Below are positions 1 through 9,300 of a stretch of 64,000 nt of DNA, in pieces. This DNA comes from Bacteroidales bacterium (GTDB taxonomy: Bacteria > Bacteroidota > Bacteroidia > Bacteroidales > UBA932): assembly GCA_017450585.1 (NCBI GenBank), contig JAFSTI010000030.1:110-64109 (forward strand). The letters run 5' to 3'. The position numbers and the translations under genes were made by a program. The notes beneath the pieces are model-generated. The model saw only the letters and a list, made by a program, of their open reading frames with translations, did no database searches and was not told the DNA's origin. Each line of letters opens with the position of its first letter. The first letter of the stretch is position 1.

Positions 1-11
1 TACCGGTGCCG

Positions 12-50
12 GTGTGGGTAACGGGTCGAAAAATTTCCCGTTACCTGCAC
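12..50 (+). repeat. 14-bp stem-loop (palindromic element)
   Basis: GTGTGGGTAACGGG (12-25) pairs with CCCGTTACCTGCAC (37-50), with two G-U wobbles on the + strand; 11-nt loop. Confidence 0.7.
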
Positions 51-70
51 TAGAGACGGTCTTTCTTGCA

Positions 71-224
71 AAACCCGAAATTCAGAGTCCACGGCAATGT
101 GCCATACAGGCCACTACAAGGCAGGTGGGCGTGGACTCCCAGGCAAAAAAGGCGAGGAGTCCACGCTGATGTGCCTCTCACGTGCGTAGAAGCCATGTCG
201 GCGTGGACTCCAAATTTCGGGTTT
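71..224. repeat. REP/BIME-like nested inverted-repeat cluster downstream of purD
   Basis: Four alternating copies of GAGTCCACG/CGTGGACTC at 85-93, 130-138, 157-165 and 202-210; outer inverted repeat AAACCCGAAATT (71-82)/AATTTCGGGTTT (213-224); perfect inner 11-bp stem 129-139/156-166. Confidence 0.75.
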
Positions 225-262
225 GTCGTTTTCTCCCGCTTTGGTCTAAACCTCAAAAAGTG

Positions 263-1657
263 TCAAAGTGCCTGATGGGCGATGTCAGTGCGGTAAAAGA
301 GGTTGTCGCATTTGATTTTGGCGATTTCGGCGTAGACTTTTGAGGCGACGCTGCGAAGATCTGGGCCGGAGCCTACGACCATCAGCACGCGACCTCCGGC
401 TGTAACCACTTTGGCCCCGACCGGAATATCGGTTTCGGCAGAATTCGAAAGCCCGGCACGCGCAGCACATCCTTCTGCAGAATTCGAAAGCCCATGACCC
501 GCGGCACCGGCTTCGGCAGAATTCGAAAGACCGGCACCTCCAGCGGCAGCGACGGCGCCTTCCGCCAGCGCTGTACCCATGTGGTACACACAGGCGTCGA
601 CGTTTTCGAGGCCTTCTATCGGGAAGCCTTTCTGGTAGGAGCCGGGATAGCCTTTGGAGGCCATCACTACACCCATGGTTACCTCGTCGCGCCATACCGG
701 AGCGGCGACGGGACGTCCTAGTGCTACGGCTTCAAACACCTTGAAGATGTCGCTTTCGATAAGGGGCAATACAACCTCGGTCTCGGGATCTCCGAAACGA
801 GCGTTGAATTCGATGACTTTAATTCCGTCGGGAGTTTTCATCAGGCCGCCGTAGAGGACTCCGGAAAGCGGGCATCCCTCAGCGACCATGGCATCTGCGG
901 TGGCCTGCAGGATATGCTCCAGAGCGAATGTCCTATCCTCTTCACTTATGAAGGGCAATCCAGTGTAGGCTCCCATTCCCCCGGTATTGGGACCCTTGTC
1001 CCCGTCGAAGGCTCGCTTGTGATCCTGAGCCAGCGGCATTGGATAGACGTTGTGGCCGTCCACGAAGCACATAAATGAGAACTCCGGGCCGGTAAGGAAA
1101 TCTTCCACAACCACTTTCCCCTGTCCAAAACGGCCATCCAGCAGCATATCCTTCAATGCGGCCTCAGCCTCAGCGAGATCAGCGGCAATCACAACCCCCT
1201 TCCCTGCGGCGAGTCCGTCATATTTAAGCACTGCCGGGAAGGGACGCCCTGCCACAAAAGCAAGTGCTTCGTCATAGGATGTGAAACTCCGGTAGCCGGA
1301 AGTAGGGATGGAGTATTTCTGCATCAGTATCTTAGCGAACTCCTTGCTGCTCTCAATCCTCGTAGCGGCCTTTGTGTGGCCGAAAATTGCAAGCCCCTCG
1401 GCGCGGAACGCGTCCACTATGCCGGCGCTCAGCGAAGACTCGGGACCGACGACAGTCAGGTCCACTTTTTCGCGCTTCGCCAGTTCTAGCAGACCTGCCA
1501 CGTCAGTATCCTTCAGCGGCACGCAGGTCGCCATTTGGGCAATACCGGCGTTCCCCGGAGCGCAGAGTATTTCAGAAACGGACGGACTGCGGCGCAGAGC
1601 ATCCACAATGGCGTGGCACCTGCCGCCACCGCCGACTACCAGTACTTTCTTTCCCAT
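263..1657 (-). CDS. purD: Phosphoribosylamine--glycine ligase (GAR synthetase) with an in-frame repeat insertion
   Basis: APGNAG, VGPE, ESSKEFAK, GLAAGKGV, DGDKGPNTGGMGAY, EFNARFGDPE, GYPGSY and VTAGGRVL motifs; last gene of the pur cluster. Confidence 0.97.
   Translation of the reverse strand: MGKKVLVVGGGGRCHAIVDALRRSPSVSEILCAPGNAGIAQMATCVPLKDTDVAGLLELAKREKVDLTVVGPESSLSAGIVDAFRAEGLAIFGHTKAATRIESSKEFAKILMQKYSIPTSGYRSFTSYDEALAFVAGRPFPAVLKYDGLAAGKGVVIAADLAEAEAALKDMLLDGRFGQGKVVVEDFLTGPEFSFMCFVDGHNVYPMPLAQDHKRAFDGDKGPNTGGMGAYTGLPFISEEDRTFALEHILQATADAMVAEGCPLSGVLYGGLMKTPDGIKVIEFNARFGDPETEVVLPLIESDIFKVFEAVALGRPVAAPVWRDEVTMGVVMASKGYPGSYQKGFPIEGLENVDACVYHMGTALAEGAVAAAGGAGLSNSAEAGAAGHGLSNSAEGCAARAGLSNSAETDIPVGAKVVTAGGRVLMVVGSGPDLRSVASKVYAEIAKIKCDNLFYRTDIAHQAL
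438..529. repeat. Three-copy 39-bp-period repeat inside purD (GLSNSAE peptide)
   Basis: GCAGAATTCGAAAG begins at 438, 477 and 516; it encodes three GLSNSAE-containing 13-aa units. Confidence 0.95.
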
Positions 1658-1660
1658 GTC

Positions 1661-3196
1661 TCAGTGTTTAAAATGACGCACGCCGGTAAAGAGCATGCAG
1701 ATACCCATTTCATCGGCCTTATCGATAGACTCGTCGTCGCGGATACTTCCGCCCGGCTGGACAATAGTAGTGACCCCGTAGCGTGCTGCCAGTTCAACGG
1801 TATCACCGAAAGGCAGGAAACCGTCCGAAGCCAATACAAGGCCATCGGTGAAACCGGCGTTCTTCGCTTCATTTAGGGCAATATCAGCGGAGCCGACGCG
1901 GTTCGTCTGTCCGGCACCGATACCGATCGTATGATTGTCCCGAACCACGGCGATGGCGTTGGATTTCACGTGCTTGACGATCTTCCAGCCGAACTCGGCA
2001 TCGGCAAGTTGCGCCGCCGTAGGTTTAACCTTAGTGACGCACATTTCGGCGGTAAGCTGCTCCACCTGGGTATCGAGTTGCTGGGAGAGCAATCCCCCAT
2101 TGACACTGATATACTGAGGCACGGAAGCACCGTCACGGGTCATATCGACCTTCATCACTCGGAGATTCTTCTTGGCGGCGAGAATCTCAAGGGCCTCGGG
2201 AGTATAGTCAGGGGCAATTACGATCTCCAGGAAAATAGGCTTCATGCCCAGCGCGACCTCGGCAGTCAGCGTTCGGTTTACACCCACGATTCCTCCGTAA
2301 ATGCTGACCTTATCGGCCTCATACGCGGCCTGCCAGGCTTCTTCAATAGTCGCTCCGACAGCTGCGCCGCAGGGATTCATATGCTTGAGGGCCACACAGA
2401 AAGGCTCCTCGAAGTCACGAAGGACATTCAGGGCTGCATTGGCATCCTGAATATTATTGTACGAAAGCTCCTTTCCCTGTATCTGCTCGGCAAAAGCCAG
2501 TGAGAAGGGGGCGGGCTGCATTGCAGCATAGAACTTGGCACTCTGATGAGGGTTCTCACCGTAGCGAAGGCTCTGCTTCAGGTCGTACTCGAGGAAGAGC
2601 TTCTCATTCAGGCCGGCCTGGGCACGCATATACGTGGCAATGCAGGAGTCATACTCGGCAGTGTGGGTATAAGCCTTCGCAGAGAGTTGCAGACGGGTTT
2701 GGTCGGACGTCTTGCCATTGGTACGGAGCTCATCCAAGACCCGGTCGTAATCAGCGGGATCGCAGATGATGGTGACATCTTTCCAGTTCTTCGCGGCGCT
2801 GCGGACCATCGAAGGGCCGCCGATATCAATATTCTCGATAGCATCCTCCATGCTCACGCCTTCCTTGGCAATAGTCTGGCGGAAAGGATAGAGGTTTACG
2901 CAGACGAGTTCGATGGTCTCGATTCCGTTCTCCTTAAGCGTCTGCATGTGGGCAGGTACATCCCGGCGGGCGAGAATTCCGCCATGTACCTTAGGGTGAA
3001 GGGTCTTCACGCGTCCGTCACAAATCTCGGGGAAACCGGTGACCTCACTGATTCCTATCGTCTTAACGCCTTCGGACTCAAGTAGTTTCTGAGTCCCTCC
3101 GGTCGCAATTATCTCCCAGCCCAGATCGACAAGGCCCTTTACGAAGGGCACCAGGCCGCTTTTATCACTTACACTTACAAGTGCTCTGTTTTTCAT
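1661..3196 (-). CDS. purH: Bifunctional AICAR transformylase/IMP cyclohydrolase
   Basis: ALVSVSDK, GRVKTLHPKVHGGIL, IDIGGPSM, LRYGENPHQ, KHVKSNAI and QPGGSIRD motifs. Confidence 0.98.
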   Translation of the reverse strand: MKNRALVSVSDKSGLVPFVKGLVDLGWEIIATGGTQKLLESEGVKTIGISEVTGFPEICDGRVKTLHPKVHGGILARRDVPAHMQTLKENGIETIELVCVNLYPFRQTIAKEGVSMEDAIENIDIGGPSMVRSAAKNWKDVTIICDPADYDRVLDELRTNGKTSDQTRLQLSAKAYTHTAEYDSCIATYMRAQAGLNEKLFLEYDLKQSLRYGENPHQSAKFYAAMQPAPFSLAFAEQIQGKELSYNNIQDANAALNVLRDFEEPFCVALKHMNPCGAAVGATIEEAWQAAYEADKVSIYGGIVGVNRTLTAEVALGMKPIFLEIVIAPDYTPEALEILAAKKNLRVMKVDMTRDGASVPQYISVNGGLLSQQLDTQVEQLTAEMCVTKVKPTAAQLADAEFGWKIVKHVKSNAIAVVRDNHTIGIGAGQTNRVGSADIALNEAKNAGFTDGLVLASDGFLPFGDTVELAARYGVTTIVQPGGSIRDDESIDKADEMGICMLFTGVRHFKH

Positions 3197-3204
3197 CTTA
3201 AAAA

Positions 3205-4230
3205 TTACTTAATTGTTACTCCAGTTCCTTCGATCACCTTACCTATTACGGTAGCCTTGTCGCCGTGCGAGGCGAGAATCTCGATAGCACGAGGGGCATC
3301 TGCGGCAGGCATTGCGATGACCATTCCGATACCCATATTGAAGATGTTGAACATCTCGCGGTGAGGGATTCCTCCCCATTTCTCGAGCATACGGAAGACG
3401 GGAAGGATTTCCCAGCTGCCCTCGATAACCTCGACTCCCTGGCCTTCGCGCAGAATACGGGGAATATTCTCATCGAAACCGCCACCGGTAATGTGGCTGA
3501 TGCCGTGCGCATCGCAATTTGCGATAACATCCAGCACCTGCTTCACATAGATACGGGTAGGCTCCAGGAGAGTTTCACCGAGAGTGCGGCCGCCGAACTC
3601 AGCGACGCTCTGTTTCAGAGAAAGGCCGGCATCGGCAATTATCTTGCGCACCAGACTGAAACCGTTTGAATGGACGCCTGTGGACGAAATACCGACCAGC
3701 ACGTCACCTACGGAAACCTTGCTGCCGTCGATGAGCTTAGACTTTTCGACCACACCGGTGGTATATCCGGCGATGTCATATTCACCGTCAGAATACATTC
3801 CCGGCATCTCGGCCGTCTCGCCGCCGACCAGCGCACAGCCTGCCTGACGGCAACCCTCTGCCACGCCTGCGACAATCGCCTCTACCTTTTGAGGAATATT
3901 GTGTCCGAGCGCCACATAATCCAGGAAGAAGAGCGGCTCCGCTCCTTGCGCCAGGACGTCGTTCACGCACATGGCCACGGCATCAATACCGATGGTATCG
4001 TGCTTATCCATCTCGAAGGCCAGTTTTAATTTGGTTCCGACACCGTCGGTCCCGCTGACAAGTACAGGCTCTTTAATCCCGAGAGCGGAAAGGTCGAACA
4101 TTCCTCCGAATGATCCGATACCACCCATCGAACCCTTGCGGGATGTCGATGCAACATGCGCCTTGATGCGCCTGACTACCTCATATCCGGCTTCCAGGTT
4201 TACGCCGGCTTTTTCATATGAAACTGCCAT
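3205..4230 (-). CDS. purM: AIR synthetase (phosphoribosylformylglycinamidine cyclo-ligase)
   Basis: [49 protein letters not shown] and FNMGIG motifs. Confidence 0.98.
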   Translation of the reverse strand: MAVSYEKAGVNLEAGYEVVRRIKAHVASTSRKGSMGGIGSFGGMFDLSALGIKEPVLVSGTDGVGTKLKLAFEMDKHDTIGIDAVAMCVNDVLAQGAEPLFFLDYVALGHNIPQKVEAIVAGVAEGCRQAGCALVGGETAEMPGMYSDGEYDIAGYTTGVVEKSKLIDGSKVSVGDVLVGISSTGVHSNGFSLVRKIIADAGLSLKQSVAEFGGRTLGETLLEPTRIYVKQVLDVIANCDAHGISHITGGGFDENIPRILREGQGVEVIEGSWEILPVFRMLEKWGGIPHREMFNIFNMGIGMVIAMPAADAPRAIEILASHGDKATVIGKVIEGTGVTIK

Positions 4231-4233
4231 ATT

Positions 4234-5595
4234 TTATTCGTCTTGTTCGTAATCGTATTGGTACAGTGCCGTAGGATACTCGCCATTAAAGCATGCAAGG
4301 CAGAGTTCGGAGCATCCGAACGAAGATGCTCTGGTGCTTTCGTGGCTGAGATAGCCCAGTGAATCAGCGCCTATGGCGATGCGGGCCTCCTCCAGCGTCC
4401 GCGTGGAGCAGAGAAGCTGGTCGGGAGTCGTCGTATCTACGCCATAGAAGCAAGGATGAGTCATCATCGGGCTGGCGATACGTACATGAACCTCCTTAGC
4501 GCCGGCGTCGCGCAGCATATTCACGATTTGCAGGCAAGTCGTACCGCGAACGATCGAGTCGTCCACGAGCACGATCCTCTTGTCTTTGACAATACTGCGT
4601 ACAGCTGCAAGTTTGATGTGTACGACCTTCTCACGCATATCCTGACGCGGCATAATGAAAGTACGGGTGACGTAACGGTTCTTGATCAATCCCATTTCGT
4701 ACGGCAGACCGCTTTCTTCAGCATAGCCCGATGCGGCGGAGAGAGATGAATCAGGCACGCCGACCACTATATCCGCATCGGCGGGGCACTCGCGGAAAAG
4801 GCGGCGTCCGGCCTCTTTGCGGAAGGCGTGGACATTACATCCGTCTATATCGCTGTCCGGACGGGCCAGATAGATATACTCCATCGCACACATCATATTC
4901 TTATGGAACTGAGAATACTGGCGGGACCTCAATCCATGATAGTCGATGGTCACCACCTCACCGGGCTTGACGTCACGGACCATCTCCGCTCCGATGAAAT
5001 CGAATGCGCAGCTCTCGCTGCTGACCACATAACCGTCACCCAGTTTGCCGATGCAAAGGGGTTTGATACCGAATTTGTCGCGGCAGGCATAGATACGGTT
5101 TTTGGTCATAATCACGAAAGCAAATCCGCCCTCAACCATATTCAGGGCGCTGATGATGCTGTTAATGCGATCCTCTGAGGCCTGTTTCTTAATAAGGTTA
5201 GCCAGCAGTTCGGCATCAGTATCAGTCTGGAATATGCAGCCGCGGTTTTCCAGATAGTCGCGGATCTGACGGCCGTTTACAAAACTGCCGTCGCCCACTA
5301 TGGCGAAGTCTCCGCTCTTATGGCTGAATACTAGTGGCTGGACGTTGTCCAGTCCGGCCTTGACTCCCCCGGCGTAGAGTGTACCGCCAAGGCCTATGCT
5401 GTCGTCGCGTTCTGCTAATTTGGCAGCATCGAAAATATCATTGACGAGGCCGATGCCCCGGTGATGATGACATACTCCGTCCTCAGAGAACGTGGCAATC
5501 CCGGCGCCTTCCTGGCCCCGGTGCTGAAGCAGGTGCAGTCCATAATAGATGACCGAACCGGCTTTCTTTACTCCATATACACCAAATACTCCCAT
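4234..5595 (-). CDS. purF: Amidophosphoribosyltransferase, Bacillus-type with Fe-S cysteines; glutaminase domain appears inactivated
   Basis: LQHRGQEGAGI, EYIYLARPDS, VPDS, VDDSIVRGTT, PCFYG and CLACF motifs are intact; the N-terminus is MGVFG with no catalytic Cys1. Confidence 0.93.
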   Translation of the reverse strand: MGVFGVYGVKKAGSVIYYGLHLLQHRGQEGAGIATFSEDGVCHHHRGIGLVNDIFDAAKLAERDDSIGLGGTLYAGGVKAGLDNVQPLVFSHKSGDFAIVGDGSFVNGRQIRDYLENRGCIFQTDTDAELLANLIKKQASEDRINSIISALNMVEGGFAFVIMTKNRIYACRDKFGIKPLCIGKLGDGYVVSSESCAFDFIGAEMVRDVKPGEVVTIDYHGLRSRQYSQFHKNMMCAMEYIYLARPDSDIDGCNVHAFRKEAGRRLFRECPADADIVVGVPDSSLSAASGYAEESGLPYEMGLIKNRYVTRTFIMPRQDMREKVVHIKLAAVRSIVKDKRIVLVDDSIVRGTTCLQIVNMLRDAGAKEVHVRIASPMMTHPCFYGVDTTTPDQLLCSTRTLEEARIAIGADSLGYLSHESTRASSFGCSELCLACFNGEYPTALYQYDYEQDE

Positions 5596-5599
5596 GGCT

Positions 5600-6313
5600 T
5601 CAGGCGTTTAATCGTTTAAGAACTTCTTCGTAACCTCTGTAGATGTCTCCCATGTCGTGACGGAAACGATCCTTATCCAGAATATCTCCGGTCTGTTTGT
5701 CACGCAGCCGGCAACGGTCCGGACTAAGTTCGTCACTGACAATCAGACGTCCGTCGTAGCGTCCGAACTCCAGTTTGAAGTCCACAAGCTCGATTCCGCA
5801 TGCGTCGAAACGGGCGCTCAGTATCTTGTTCACCTTGTGAGCGGTCTCAATGATGTAATCTACCTCATCATAATTGACCATTCCAAGCGCGACGGCCTCG
5901 TCCCCGTTGATGGGCGGATTGCCGAGAGCGTCGTTGTTGTAGCGGAACTCGACCACCACGTTGGGGGTACGGAAACCTTCCTCCAACCCCAGGCGGTGAG
6001 CCAGGGATCCGGCGATGCGGTTGTGCACTACGACCAGAAGGTCCACAAGCGATATCTTGCGGCATAGCTGCTCGCGTTCACCGTTCTGGGCGATGTAATG
6101 AGTGCTGATGCCCTCTTTCTCCAGTGTCTGGAACAAGATTCCGGAAATCTGGTTGTTAAGGCATCCCAGACCCTTGAAGCGGGCCCTTTTTACTCCGGCA
6201 TAGGCTGTGGCGACATCCTTGTAGCGGATAATCACCTCATCGGCCTTGGCCGTGGAGTAAATCTGCTTTTCGTTGCCATCGAAAAGCAAGTCCTTCTTTT
6301 CAATACTAACCAT
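5600..6313 (-). CDS. purC: SAICAR synthetase homolog with several substituted catalytic residues
   Basis: DFKLEFG, DELSPD and DKDRFR motifs plus position between purL and purF; start moved to ATG at 6313 (MVSIEKK), overlapping the purL stop. Confidence 0.9.
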   Translation of the reverse strand: MVSIEKKDLLFDGNEKQIYSTAKADEVIIRYKDVATAYAGVKRARFKGLGCLNNQISGILFQTLEKEGISTHYIAQNGEREQLCRKISLVDLLVVVHNRIAGSLAHRLGLEEGFRTPNVVVEFRYNNDALGNPPINGDEAVALGMVNYDEVDYIIETAHKVNKILSARFDACGIELVDFKLEFGRYDGRLIVSDELSPDRCRLRDKQTGDILDKDRFRHDMGDIYRGYEEVLKRLNA

Positions 6314-9300
6314 TTGTTTTTTGAAAGTAATTAACGGCGTTCCTGAACAGGTGCTGGTCCAGGTTACCGCTGATATTTTTGAAAACGTTCTTTTCGTACC
6401 TCTCGCTGTGGCCCATCTTGCCAAGGATCTGTCCGCCGGGGCTTATTATACCCTCAATGGCATAGAATGATCCGTTCGGATTCGCGGGCGAAGCCATGGT
6501 CGGCTCTCCGCTGACCGGGTCGGCATAGCGGAACGCGACCAGGTTTTTCTCGAAGAGTTCCTTCGCCATATCCTCGCTGATCACGAACTTGCCCTCCCCG
6601 TGAGAGACGGCGACCGTGTGCAGTTCCCCTTCCCGGAAGCCGGAAAGCCAGGGCGAAGCGGTCGTGCAGACGCGCGTCGTAACCATCTGGGAGATGTGCC
6701 GGTTGATGTCGTTACGGAACAGCGTCGGCGAGTCGGGGGTCAATGCGCCCGTTCTTCCGTAAGGCAGGAGTCCGCTCTTGATCAGGGCCTGGAAGCCATT
6801 ACAGATTCCGAGGATGAGTCCACCGCCGGCAAGATGATCTTCTATAGCTTTGGAAATGAGCTTATTGGCAATAATATCGGCAATGAACTTGCCACTGCCG
6901 TCGGGCTCGTCACCTGCAGAGAATCCGCCGCAGAAACCCAGTATCTGGCAGCGGCCTATATTGTCCGCCATGCGCCGGATGGATGCGTTTACATCTTCCG
7001 GAGTAAGGTTGCAGAATACATCTGTGATGACCTCTGCTCCGGCGCTGCGGAAGGCCTTGGCAGTATCGTAGTCGCAGTTGGTACCCGGAAATACCGGCAG
7101 ATATACAAGCGGTTTGCTGCACTTGTCTGCCTCCCGATAAGGCAAGCTGCATACGGCACGGGTGTCAATATCCATGTCGGGGTGCTGGGCAGGGACTGCA
7201 GCCGGATATACTTGAGAGAAGCGACCTTCACAGCTATCCTGCAGGCGGGCCGGGTCGAGTTTCTGACCGTTGACGGTAAACGTCCCGTCAGTAACCTTTC
7301 CAATGCATTTGAAGTTCGCGGCGTCGCTCAGGTCCATATCGGTTTCAAGCAACATGCCGCCATAGCAAAGGTAGAAGAGTTCGTCTTCGGAAAGGGTTAT
7401 ATTCACGCCCAGCGCATTGCCGAAGGACATTTTGGCAAGTCCCTCTGCCGCGCCGCCAAATCCGCAGGCCCAGGCAGAAAGAATCTTGCCTTCTGCGATA
7501 GCCGAGTGGATGCGGTTCCAGCCTTCCGTGAGAGCGGCGGTATCCGGCATATGATTTTTGAGTACCGGAGGACGGAAATACCAGATTGAGCTCCCGGGTT
7601 TCTTGAAGTCTGTGGAGATTACTTTTGCGGCATCTACAGTAGTGATTCCGAAGGCGATCAGAGTAGGCGGAACGCTGATATCCTCGAAAGTGCCGCTCAT
7701 AGAGTCCTTACCGCCGATGGAAGGCAGACCGAGTGAAAGCTGCATTTTCAGGGCGCCCAGAAGCGCAGAGAGAGGTTTGCCCCAGCTGTGCGGATCGTGA
7801 GTCATGCGCTCAAAATACTCCTGGTAGGAGAACCTCATGCCGGACCAGTCTCCGCCCGCGGCAACCACTTTCGCACATGCGTCCACTACAGCGAAAGCAG
7901 CACCGTGGAAGGGGCTCCAGGAAGACAGGAACGGATTATATCCGAAGGCCATGATACTTGCCGTATCGGTGTAACCGTCCACCGGCAGTTTTTGTACTGA
8001 AACCTGAGTCTCGGAGGCCTGATAGCGTCCACCGAACGGCATCAGGACGGTGGAACGTCCGATTGTAGAGTCGAAGTTTTCAATAAGGCCCTTCTGACTG
8101 CAAACATTTGCAGAAGAAAGTACGCCGCACATCTTTTCCTCCAGACCGGCGCCTACAGGCTTAACTGCGAACGGGTCGCGGTCTTCAACAGCGGCGATAC
8201 AGGCGGCCGCGTAATGGGGCGCTCCGGCGCTGTCGATGAAATCGCGGGAGATATCGGCTACGGTCTGTCCTTTATAGAACATACGCATACGCCCACGGTC
8301 GGTGACATCAGCTACATAAGTTACTTCTACATTGTCCCTGCGACAATATTCTTCCATTTCGGCCCGTGCAGAGGCTTCCACCACGACAGCCATTCTCTCC
8401 TGGGATTCGCTGATTGCGAGTTCCGTGGGGTTGAGTCCGGAATACTTGAGCGGAACGCGGTCCAGCCAGATGTCCAGGCCGGCGGCGAGCTCCCCTATTG
8501 CCACGCTGACTCCCCCCGCGCCGAAATCGTTGGATTTCTTGATTAGGCGGGTGACTTCAGGACGGCGGAACAGCCTCTGGAGCTTGCGCTCCTCGGGGGC
8601 ATTGCCCTTCTGCACCTCACTGCCGCAGGTCTCCAGCGACGCTTCGGTGTGCTCTTTGGATGAGCCGGTCGCACCTCCGATACCGTCACGCCCGGTACGA
8701 CCTCCCAGCAGCAGAATCACATCTCCGGGGGCAGGGCTTTCGCGCCTGACATTGGCTGCTTTAACGGCACCGACCACCGCACCTACTTCCAGCCTTTTGG
8801 CGGTATAGCCCTCATGGATGATTTCGCGAACATGAGTGGTTGCGAGACCGATCTGATTGCCATAACTACTGTATCCGGCAGCTGCTTTACGGCTGATAAC
8901 CCGCTGGGGCAGTTTCCCCGGCATGGTATCCTTTACCGGTTTCCAGATATCACCGGCACCTGTGACACGCATGGCCTGGTAAACATAAGCACGGCCGGAA
9001 AGCGGGTCGCGGATTGCACCGCCGAGGCAGGTTGCCGCCCCGCCGAAGGGCTCGATTTCCGTAGGGTGATTATGGGTCTCATTCTTAAACTGAAGCAGCC
9101 ATTTTTCGGTCTTTCCGTCCACATCCACATCAACGAAAATGCTGCATGCATTGTTCTCCTCGCTCTGCTCCATGTCATCGAGCAGACCTTTGCTCCGGAG
9201 ATAACGGGCGCCGATCGTGGCGAGTTCCATCAGACAGAGCGGCTTTTCGCTGCGGCCCAGTTCAGTCCGGATGCGTTTCACCTCCTCAAGCGTGCAGTTC

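Noticed and set aside
50-275. 68-69 aa ORFs over the palindrome cluster
   Set aside because: They are open on both strands because of the repeat symmetry and have no protein-like features.
438-529. 39-bp-period repeats as a mini CRISPR array
   Set aside because: The conserved core is only 14 bp, the spacers are related to each other, the repeats lie in frame within purD, and there are no cas genes or leader.
6314-6424. N-terminal extensions in the ORF track (purC, purE 10496-10663, mntP 20457-20540, gcvPA 29196-29234, V-ATPase E 51014-51094, GT32 41230-41256)
   Set aside because: They overlap upstream genes or promoter boxes and add non-homologous sequence; downstream ATGs match the family N-termini.
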